The notes beneath the pieces were generated by a model that did no database searches, was not told where the DNA came from, and worked only from the letters and a program-made list of their open reading frames with translations. Of a stretch of DNA of 64,000 nt, positions 1 to 10,601 are shown piece after piece (position 1 is the stretch's first letter; every line of letters starts with the position of its first letter). Location of the stretch: contig OZ004607.1 of assembly GCA_963924565.1 (NCBI GenBank), positions 8,308,001-8,372,000 on the forward strand. Direction: 5' to 3'. This DNA is from Ascidiella aspersa. Its lineage: Eukaryota. Both the position numbers and the translations under genes were made by a program.

Positions 1-126
1 AAAGACGTGCTTAGTGATTGTGTGCCGCTTGCAAAAAGCATGCTCAGTAATTAAGGTGCGCATGCAGCAGACATGCTCTATATCATAACGCAGTTGCCTG
101 AAAAGTGCAACCAAAAAAAAACATGC

Positions 127-3100
127 CAGTTTTGGTGTCCGGTGTCCACTGGATGTCGCCAGCGATCCCCCACATCCAGCTGAGTCCGAAGCTGGAGATC
201 GGAAGCTTGGAGGAGGACTGGCGCGAATCTGAGGAGAAAATCCGCTACAAAGCAGTGGTTCTCAAACTGGCGTTCGTGAGAAAGTTTGGGGTCCGTGAGG
301 GGCATGTTTTACTGTAATTGCTAGAAGCCATTTGAATAAGACAGACGATTTGAGAAGTTTGATAGACCGTTTTTGTTTTATCGATATTTTTTTGAAAAAC
401 AGCCATGGGACGAAGGGGCTCTGTAAACTGTAGAGTGCTACTCTTGTCTGTTGCTATGCTAGCTGAGTTTGTGAATCATGACAAAATGGCAATTTTGAAA
501 AAAAAATAACATCAGCAACGTTTATAACTGATGGCGGGTTGAAAAATGCCTTTTAATGTTGTAATGTCATCCATTTTGCTTGCTTGAGTAAAGTGATGAC
601 GTTATTTGGTATCGGATCGGATCGAGATTCCTTTTGTCCTAAACCGGGATAGGTACCGGAATAAAAAAACGTCGTTTTGAGCTTTCTTATTGGCAGCCAA
701 GCAATGCAATATTCACCATATTTTATTGGAAATTTAACAACATGCTCTTTAATAAAAATAAGGCAGTCCTACAAGTTTACGGAAGTGATGGACACTGTTG
801 ATGACGTAATGTTGATGGCGCAATCCACTAACAGGGCAAAGTTTCGCAGTTCGCATGCTTTCAGCCAAATCCAGTGAACAACGTGAACAAATTATCATAA
901 AAATCCCCCAAATTAAAAAAGATGATTTTTTAGAGTTTAAAAATAGAAAATCTCCGCACCAACGCAACGATATTAAAAACCTTCAAAAAGTTTATAACGT
1001 TATTCGGTATGAAAAAAAGGTACATAACATATAAAGTAACGGCAAATGAAAAAAAGAAAGCCAGATGGCGATTCTACCGCTACACTTAAAAGAAACTCAA
1101 GAAAATAAAAATCAACCTACGATAAAACGGTAAAAAAACGTGTTTAGACATGTCTGTACCTTTGGTGTAGTTTTCTGCTGGGTTCGGGTTCAGCGACCAC
1201 GATATACTTTCGTTTCCCGGGAGGAATTTCATGTTTTTGCCAGCGGAGGGACTGGAACCGTCTGAACCTCCGCTAGCAGAGTCGTTGTAATCTTGTCGGA
1301 TCGTCATGTAACGCTGAAAACTAACACTGGAAACGAAGAAAGATAGAAATAGTCGCGTTCTAATATTGTTGAGCAAAGCAGTTTGCGTCTTGTTGGCCGT
1401 GTGTGTCATTCCCTGATGAAGAATTTCCGAATAGTTAGCCGCAACGTTGGACAAACAAATAAATACCAGAATAACTTATTTTCAGTATACTATGCCTGGT
1501 AGCAGCAGCAAATGTATTAAACTGGTGTCTAATAAATGTTTTGGTGGTCGATTTAGGTGTTAGGTCAAAAAATTTTGGTCCAAACCGTTTCATTCAGCTT
1601 TAGCTACAAAATGAGTTTGGTGTTATGTTGGTATCCCAACCTGGTGTTGGTCGAATCGTAGCTGGCGGGAGGACTCAATCCCTCCGAAAGGCTGGATCCG
1701 TTGCACATCTCCTCATCCGACTTTTCCGAGGTCCGACGACTGCGGGATATCGACCTTGTAAGTGGGTTTTGATGGTGCAACACCAGCGCTTCACCCTGGA
1801 TAGAATTGGGTATTTTTTAGCGTTTTTTGCCGCATGTTGGCAAACTTAAGTATTAGTTAATTTCATACTGCTGCCAAAAAGATTTCTTTTTTTGTTGTTG
1901 TCATACAAAGCATTTATTTCGTAAAAGTCCTAAATTAAATAAATTGTAGCATAATGTTTATAAATAGACTGTACCACGTGTCCATTAAAAAGCTACATAC
2001 GCCATTTAATGTGTCACCAGAAAAAACTAAAACATCCTTAAGATGTACCTGTGTACAACTTTTCATTTGTTTTAGTTTCCAAAGTTAAATGAAAAAGGGT
2101 TGGTATGTAAAGCAAGAAAGAGGAATTTTCTACAATTTCAAAAAATAACATAAAAAAAAATAAAATAAAAAATAAAATAATAAAAATAAAAAAATAAAAT
2201 AAAATATTCACGTAAACACAACAATTACACTGTCAACAAACGCCCTCTAGAATACTACACATTATAAAAAAAATGACGGGGGAAGGGAACAATTTTACAA
2301 TTAATACAATGCCTGGCAGTAACGGTATATACAAACTTTAGGTACTTTACCTGCGGCCCCCTGGGGTAAGTGTGCACCCATCTGCGCCGGTTCGCCGTCA
2401 GTGGGGCGAACATGTGCCTGGGGTTAAAGGGGTTAAACAGGGCCCTTCGCTGAGTGTGGTGAGCCGCACCTTCCTTCCATACGTCATGAGTGAGGTTCGC
2501 GCTTCCGACAACTGGTTGTACCTCGACCGCTTGATTCTTCCAATCAGAAACAAGGTAAGTTTACTACGATTGCTTGAGAAAAACTCTAAAATTGTGATTT
2601 TCATGGTACAATAAAATTGTGATTTTCATGGTACAATAGATAAATACACATATATGTTTATTAACAACTGTGATAGCCTCTCGGAAGCTGCGTTTTGACC
2701 AACAATTAGAAGGCATTCAAAGATTTATCAAAGAAAAATTGTAGCTTTTTAAAGACCTTAAATTGGGTCGCTTGATGTTTTTTAATATAATTCAAAAACA
2801 AAACAGTATAAAGACCATGGTCAAATCAACACCACTAAAAAGATATTTTTTTAATGTTTTTTAACGGCCTTTTTTAAACACATAACTTAAGCTGGACATA
2901 AACTAGTTTCAGCAACTTTCGGAAAAACAGGGTTTTTCGAAGACTTTTCAATTACGTAAATCAATTCAAAAAGAAGATTCAAAAGACTTCGCGGCAACCC
3001 TGGCTGATCTACGCAACCCAAAAATACTGACCTTCTGATTCTGATAGTATTTCTCCAGGTTATTGGTGGCGCCCACAGAACTGGCCAAGCCCTGGGCTTG

Positions 3101-6100
3101 GGTCAGATGGGCAAAGTGCTGGTTGCGTGGTGTGGTGGGAATGTACATCGGCCGGCTCTGTAGGTTGCTGGTCTGCGTGTTGTCCGGCGAGTAAAAGTTC
3201 TGGGGAAAAAACGCAACACAACTATAATAAATGACAGGCAAAAAACGTAATTTATAACCTTTTCATTGACATTTAATGACAGAATACTATATTTATACGT
3301 AGTGATGCGAAATTAACCAAAAAATACTACTATTACAGTGATAAGGTGAATTCATATGATTACGCAGCAAATAGATAAAGAAATAAATATTTTTTATCAA
3401 AAACATTATTGTTTTTAACATAGAATCTTCATTGATCAAATCTGACACTCAATGCTTAAATTCTACCATAGTATACAAATACATTTAAAAATGCTAGAAC
3501 TTTTTTTGTAACTGAGGTTTTTCGTTTACATTGGCATTTTCTGGTAAGCGAAAAGGTTGATCGAATACAAAAAAGATAAGGCGTTTTTTATTCTTAAAAA
3601 TTGTAAGCTATTGCAAAACCTACAAAATCGTCACTAGACTTGATTGGTCGCTTCTTGATGAACTCAAAGCTGTTCTTTTGGCTCAAGGTGGAATCGCTCG
3701 AAATTTGCTTCCAGTTATTGGAAAGTCGCTGGAATCCAAAAACCTAAAAACACTTTAACTTCAAAGTACAAAAAAGGCAAGGTTTATCCTTAACTTGTAA
3801 CATTCTGGTTAGTAATTCAACCTTCATAGATATGCAAAAAAAAAATCGATGTAATATGTTTTCCATATGCAAAAAAAAATCGATGTAATATGTTTTCCAA
3901 ATTCTCGATTTTCAAAGATTAAAAATTGATTTTTAAATGAAGTAATTGAGCGAAAGTCTTTATGTTGCCATTTTAGAAACATCCATTTTAGAAAATCTCA
4001 CACCCTACTTAGCCTTAGGTCATCGAAATCAGAATGCTATTAAACTTGCGACATATAAAACCGAAAAATAACGGCAAAAAAGCGTTTGTTTACCTCCTTG
4101 TCGAAATCGGCGTAGTTCATTTGCTGCAAGGTGGGCAGCTGAGGTTCGGCTTCGTTCTTGGACAGATTTGCATTGGCCACAAAGGACCCGGACAAAACGT
4201 TTTCCGACTTCTTTGTGATTTTTCTTGCCACGTGGATACGAGGGATGTAGTTTATGTTGGTTGTGCCTAAAATGAAGTAAAAAATTACAACGTACAAAAT
4301 CTACCTCGATATGTAATCAATATTTTTTTAAAAATATTTTGTTTGTTAAATTTAGCATCAAATAGCCTAGTGAGAAACAAATTAAGGATTGTTCAATTTA
4401 AATAAATCAATAAATAAATATCAACATTGATAGTGACGGTTGAAACAAAAAATAAGCAAAATTAAAGAAAAGTTTTATAAATATTTTATGCAAAAAAAAA
4501 AAAAAAAAAACTGTAAAACATGAATGCTTTTCAAACTGTTTGAAAATTCAATTTCAGACTATGAAAAGGATTTAGGTTTAGTATAAAAATATGTCACCCC
4601 TACCCTGGTCAGAGAAAGGGTTTATAGTGTAAAAACTGTGATTGATCCAGTGTGGAATGTTGAAGTCTTGGACTTGGGATTGTTGTGGAGGCCGCAAAAC
4701 ACTTCCCTTGCCTGTGGGTCGACTATAGAAAGTATTTTTTTTTATTAAAATTAAACTTATAAAAAAATATCAATTTTATTATTTAACATTTCTCTGGAAT
4801 GGTGCCACAAAGTCAAGCAATGCAAAAGGTCAAATATAATTCTAAGTTAATCTATGAGGCTTTGGTCATTTCACACAATAACCTATTTTAATTTTTAAAC
4901 TGTATACAAGATCTTGAAACAATTAATTTACAGCTACCTTTCTGCTTTAGCATGATGAAATTTGAAGAGTGGAACGGCATGTAGCGGTTGTTGTCCGAGA
5001 CAAATCAAGTCACTCCCGATGCCGTTATCGATCATTCTCTCTTTGGTAAGAATGGTGAGGTCACGATCAACATCAAAAACTCCAACACCTGGTTCAAACG
5101 CAAATATCTCAATGTGCATTTAATATCCATTGAAGTCTTCACATAAAACTCGTTGAACTAACAAGATGCAAGCACAAAGCTCCGTTTCATAGATTTGTAT
5201 TAGCTGTAGCAACTTAATATTATTTATTATAAAAAAACACTAAAAGAGTACTATCCAAAGTCTCACATTTCTAAATGTGTTATCAATGGGATGAAGAAAT
5301 TACAGTAATCTAATTTAACAACTGTAAAAGCCATTATATAGCCTATAAAAGACTAATTTTCTAATAAATCAAAAACCGATAACACCATATTTTTGCTTGT
5401 CGGTCACTGCTCCTCTGAGTCTGACATAATTCTATTTGAAAAAGCACTAGAGATGTCACTATGACAAAATAGACATATCTTCTGAACAACTGTCTTATCC
5501 TTAAATTACTGGTTTTACTTTTTTATTTTAGTCTTTTACTTATCAACTCTGTTGCACTGAAATAAAAAAGCATTTTTATTAAAACTCCCCATCTTCGTAC
5601 CAGGTGTGATACAGACAACAATCTGCCCAGTCCTGTCCAAATGCCGGTTGATATAATGATGCTCGAACACATTTAAAGACATGTTAATGGCTTCCAGAAA
5701 ATTGCCCTCAGAAGATGTTGAGTTTTTACCAGGCGGACATCCCGGTATCGTAGTAATGGACTGATACTCTGAAAAAAAAGAAGTAGTCAGGTGAAATAAA
5801 TCTAACTCTGCACATCTATTCTCATGATAAGCTATAATATTTTCTATTCTCATGGAGTTATAATATTTTTTTCATATTACACGAAATTCCATGTAACAAA
5901 TTCCTATGTAAAACAATAGACAAAAACATTTTCCCAATGGACATATAGTTGGTGCATAGTACAAAAGTATCAACTGCAAAAACAGTCAAGAACTTTCGCT
6001 CTTTAGAAAAGTATTACACACTAAAATGCCTAACTTCTAAAAGGAAGTTATAATACAGCATTATAACTTACTGTGAAATAGCTTCTTGAGAACTTTTATG

Positions 6101-9100
6101 AGAGGCGTGCAATCATCCATTCTCTCAGTTTGAGCAACACACTTGTAAAAATCAAGGTAATATTGACCCTTGTAGTTCTTGCGAATTATTTCACGAACAT
6201 CAGCAGGAAAGTCTTCTATGTTTGTTGTGTCATAGAAAGTCCTGAATATTTTATTGAGATTTAATAACTTAAATTGTGGTTAAAATGTCCAAAACTGTGC
6301 CAGGGTACACAATTTAATAAAATAAAAATACATTCAAACAAAATTTATAGGTCATTTAAAATACCTGGTATGGAATCACTCAACACATTTCGAATAAAAA
6401 TTAACAAAACAGTATAAATGCCATTGTGAAAATAATTTTATAGTTTAACATGTTTTACTATTGCATTATAAAAAAGCATACTTAAGCTGCAAATAAATCA
6501 AATTTAAAGATCAGAAAAATAGCAATAGTTTTTTCAAAGATTTTTAATGTGCAAATCAGTTCGGAAGATAACAAGGACATTTAAAGATTCAAAGACTTTG
6601 TGTCAGCCCTGATTTGCATTTTTTTAAATCATAAACTCACCTGGAAAACAATACTAGGGTTAATTCATGGCAGCATTTCTTATCCTTCCACTTTGTAAAA
6701 AGAGCCTGGTTAAAAAATCAAATGTTAATAGGAGAACAGGTGAAAAATCAACAGGGTGGTAACTTAACACCAGGGCTGCAAGTTGGAGTCAGCCTCAGAC
6801 TCAAAGAAGTCGGTTGGGATTCAAGTAAAACTATGTAAAACCTACCCTAGTCCAATGTGCTCATGCGCACAACAAAAGTTTCAAAACTGATAATAAGGAA
6901 AACAGTTAATTGTAAAGGTGGAATAGCATATGGTGAAACATTTTTCAATCATGTATTATGAATGATAATCTTGGCGAAATACAGGCTGTTGAGTCAGGGA
7001 TAAACTTTTCAGCCTTACCTTTAGAAAACCATTGACTGCTCTTTCAAACTGAAGGTAGCCATAGGCATCGTATTCCCACATCTCAGAACTCATTTGGATA
7101 AACAGATACACTTTTGCAGTAAAAGAACGAAGAACAAAGTTTGTGTGATCGGAAATGAATCCACATTTTACCTTTTCACTGTTGGCCCACATTTCACTAA
7201 CCTTAATTGTAAAATCAAACATTAAACTAAAGCGTCTAAAACTCTAAAACAGTGCTTCTCAACCTTTTTGTTCTCGCAACCCCTTTAAGTTTTCGATTAA
7301 TGCGCAACGTCCCCCCCCCCAATTATTGTTTAGTCAATAAAAAACGCATTTTAAAATTGGCAAAATTCAAATAGGGAAAAAATCTAGGCTAGGATTGTAT
7401 CAACATTTGGCTAAAATGCGCTATGCACAACAAGCTAAAGTTACGGTTTGAGCCCAGGTTGCCAGATGCTTGGTTTAGGATTAGGATATTGTTGGTGTGA
7501 AATTGGGACATTTTAGGTCAAATAACAATTTTGTACGTAGTGCAAAACTAAAGGGAATCAATGGAGGTAAATGTTCTTGGTAAACAGCCAAATACCTTAA
7601 AAATTAACAAAATTGTTAGTCCTTAACAGTAGTGCAATAATAAAGCTTTCTGTAAATTCTGTTTCCTTTTGCCAAAACTGCAACACCAAAATTTTATTAC
7701 CGAAATTCTGTGAATGTTTTAGAAAAGGCTATGTATAAGTTATAATACCGCTGAAACGTAGAAATACTTTGCCTGTAACCTCTTGTAAACCTAGGACAAA
7801 TTTTATTGTAAGCTAGCCTAAATTTCAATTTGGAACTAAAGCGCCCTATAGTATACCTGACGCTTTTGTGCTGCACAGAATTACTGTAAAAAGACGCATT
7901 AAAATCAAAGAAAAATTTTTGGATTTACGTTGGTGAAGTTGGTATAAACAATTTTTGGGGCCTTGTAAGCCCATGGTTTTTCTTCATCCAATGTTCCAAA
8001 TAAATTCGGCAAAATTGGGACAGAAAGCTTACTGTCCTAATGATTTACAAACCGTCAGACACAGCAGTTGAAATTAGGACAATTTATCGTTTTTGGTTGA
8101 AATTTTAGGCCATCTGGCACCCCTGGTTTAAGCGTCCATTTATTTTTATTAGACATTGTTTGACTGAAGCTACGCTTGAATAATTAATTGAAAAGTGTTA
8201 TGGTGACATCATAAACGTGACAGTTCACTGCAGCAAAGGCCACACAAAGACAAATATTAGACTGGCGATTGCTTTTGCTTCTTCTATACTGCTAAACTTT
8301 TAGTTCACATTGCCTAATTCTTATGATTATTTTATTTTTGAAATTCTACACGGCGACCCCCCTAGACAACCCCTTGCGACCCCCAGGTTGAGAACCATGG
8401 TCTAAAACAACCAAATATTTGGTCGCCTTAGCTTTAAACAAGCATATGTAAACAGATATATTTAGGGTACTGCTTGATGGTAACTAAATTGGTAAACAAA
8501 AATAAAACATGACATAGTACTTAGAAAACCAAAATGCCAAATTAGTTTAGAACTCAAATTGTATAAACTAACTTGAGCTCTGATGTCAGAAAACTGTACT
8601 TTTTCATCGATATAAACACAAGAGTTGACAAGATGGCGTTTCATTCTTAGCATGTCACTTCGACTTATGTATTGGTCTTTGAATGAAACTTCAAGCAAAT
8701 CGATAGTAACATCCTGAATCGGATATAGATTTTTAAACCAACAAAATTATTCACTGATAGTCAAGGTTAAAAACAGATAGAATCAAGTTAGGAAAGAAAT
8801 ACAGCATAAAACACTCCTTGTAATGCTAAAATAAATCACAAACTTAGAATCTTATAAAAACATAAAATGTTAAGTGTAAGCCTAACCTCAGGTTCCACTT
8901 TAACAACATGGACATCCTGAAATATCTGAAGGTTAAACTTAGTGGCAAGGTTTTGGTTGATACTGATTGTGTCTTTCTGTAGTTCACCTTTTATCGATTT
9001 CACCTTAATATAAAATGTTGCAACTAAATCTGGCAAGTTTGCAGTCAAATAAAATATTTAAACTAAGCAAGTAAGCAACAAAACAAAAATCTCTCACATA

Positions 9101-9851
9101 AAAGAAATAATTAGTGAGCCATACAGAGTCAGAATTATATCATATTATGTAAATATGCTCTTTAAAATTTGTGGGAAGAGCAATTTTACAATTGAAACAA
9201 TGCCTGGCAGCAACACCATATTCACAGAATTACAGTATATGTCAGTGGCTCATTATGCCTAAAGAACAGATAGTGTAGCGAACATTAGGAAAACACGACT
9301 TTAGTAATTAAAGGTGTTAGACAGCCAATTGCATTGGACGGTTAAAATGCGGGAGTCAGGGTCTGTATCAAGGATCTGTAATCATCATATTAGTGTACTT
9401 ATAGTTACATTAATATAATGAAGTGCCGGGTACATGCTTTGGGAATGTTACACTCTTTTAAGTTTTAACAACCTGAACTAGCAAGAAACTGATGGAACTG
9501 CTGTTGATGTGATAAATCTTAAGCAGGTCATTGAGCTTTACATCTGGGAAGTCAGCAGAATTGAAAATCAATGATTCAGCTGCAAAAATAAAGAAAAAAC
9601 ATAAAATTTGGAAAAACGGTCAGAAAAAACCTTTGAGCTGTAGAATGGTGTTATTTGAATTAATGTACAACGTTGTTTTTATTTTATAGTCACCCAAATT
9701 AGATGTGTTGAAAGAGTTTAAGGTTGCTGCTTGCTTTATAATCAGTTTAAATCAATTTTAGCATGTGCATTGTGTTTGTGCCCATAAGTAGGTATACAAT
9801 ACACTTACCGCTGAAGTTTTCCGGGTGGATTTTTAACTTGAATGCTTTCAT
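127..9851 (-). CDS. DEPDC5: GATOR1 complex subunit DEPDC5 (Iml1), 5' portion (17 coding exons; gene continues beyond left edge)
   Basis: Frame-consistent exons (5'->3'): 9809-9851, 9473-9579, 8887-9003, 8573-8713, 7019-7201, 6641-6705, 6072-6241, 5601-5768, 4938-5088, 4604-4722, 4094-4266, 3624-3743, 3032-3199, 2351-2536, 1641-1795, 1160-1326, 127-228. Translation [118 protein letters not shown] matches recalled DEPDC5 SABA-domain motifs. Confidence 0.95.
253..302. mobile_element. Truncated hAT-type MITE end (CAGTGGTTCTCAA family)
   Basis: CAGTGGTTCTCAAAC..GGGGTCCG start as in the full copy at 12389; no partner terminus found. Confidence 0.5.
1401..1506 (+). repeat. Hammerhead-motif (Penelope-like) repeat copy
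   Basis: ATTCC-CTGATGA-AG..AGCC-GCAA-CGTTGG..AATAAATACC..TATACTATGCCTGGTAGCAG; homologous to the reverse complement of 16727-16800 and to 17351-17424. Confidence 0.6.
2587..2636. repeat. Perfect 25-bp tandem duplication
   Basis: TAAAATTGTGATTTTCATGGTACAA x2. Confidence 0.9.
2929..3002. mobile_element. Terminal fragment of CAGGGTTGCC-type hAT MITE (related ends at ~6527-6610 and ~21006-21066)
   Basis: Shared ending TTCAAAGAC..GGCAACCCT(G/A) at three intronic/UTR sites. Confidence 0.5.
3830..3898. repeat. ~35-bp tandem duplication
   Basis: ATATGCAAAAAAAA(A)TCGATGTAATATGTTTTCC x2. Confidence 0.85.
6771..6957. mobile_element. Fragment of CAGGGCTGC/GGAGTC-repeat MITE family
   Basis: Begins CAGGGCTGC..GGAGTC; 6908-6957 is nearly identical to 48459-48510. 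Confidence 0.6.
7250..8399. mobile_element. hAT-type MITE (CAGTGCTTCTCAACC..GGTTGAGAACCATG) containing a nested element
   Basis: Imperfect TIRs; flanking 8-mers CTCTAAAA/GTCTAAAA. Confidence 0.75.
7454..8125. mobile_element. Nested hAT-type MITE (CCAGGTTGCCAGATG..CATCTGGCACCCCTG)
   Basis: TIRs plus 8-bp TSD GTTTGAGC/GTTTAAGC. Confidence 0.75.
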
Positions 9852-10601
9852 TGTTAAAACAAGGGGTGTTTATGCAAAGGGATTGTAAACATACAATCTT
9901 TCATGCAAATGTTATTCAACAAAACTTTGCCCTAATGCTGGCAAAATTTAGTTAAAAACTTAAAAACTAGGATCCTAAGGGGGAAGCCCCATATGAACGA
10001 AGAGACTAAACAGAAAATGTTTAACGCATTTAGTGTTATTAAAATAAAACACTAATAATTTTATTTAAAATATACATATCGATATTTTTTCTTTGTAAAA
10101 CTAGTATAAAACGAATAAAAAAGTGTTTCTGGTAGATATTTTTGTAAACTATTTTTCCACGCGTGAGTGAAAAAGCTTCTCGTGCGTGAACAAATTTCCT
10201 GGGTCTTGAATTTTTTTCTCAGGGCCATTACCTGTACTTGCCTATTACCGTTCGGCGCCTGTTGTTTCAGCTTTATAGGTGTAAATATCTAGTAAAAAAG
10301 TTTATGACATATAACATAATCAATTCGCGGTTATAGTTCTAAATATTAAAATATGGCCCCACTTTGGTATTTTAAGCAAGTTCATCCATGTATTATGCAA
10401 TTTGTAGAGATTTTTTATTATCATTTACATCTTATAATGGATAATAATTGTACATTGTGAACATAATTTGTACATACATAGTTAAGTCAAACTGTATTAT
10501 GTTTTTATGTGCTTTAGGTATATATGTTACAGCATACTCATTTGAACTAAAAAAGGCACAGAGGAAATTCCATTTTTGTTTTTTAAAACATAATTGGAAA
10601 A
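9852..10601. promoter_or_regulatory. Shared divergent promoter/5'UTR region of DEPDC5 and CWC22
   Basis: Start codons are 750 bp apart and face outward; CpG-containing patch at 10158-10260 (CACGCGTG) and TATCGATA at 10077-10084. Confidence 0.65.

Noticed and set aside
781-827. Possible extra phase 1-0 DEPDC5 exon
   Set aside because: Weak donor. Exon 1160-1326 already joins 127-228 in frame through a strong acceptor at 229.
2150-2205. (AAAAT)n tract
   Set aside because: Ordinary low-complexity microsatellite.
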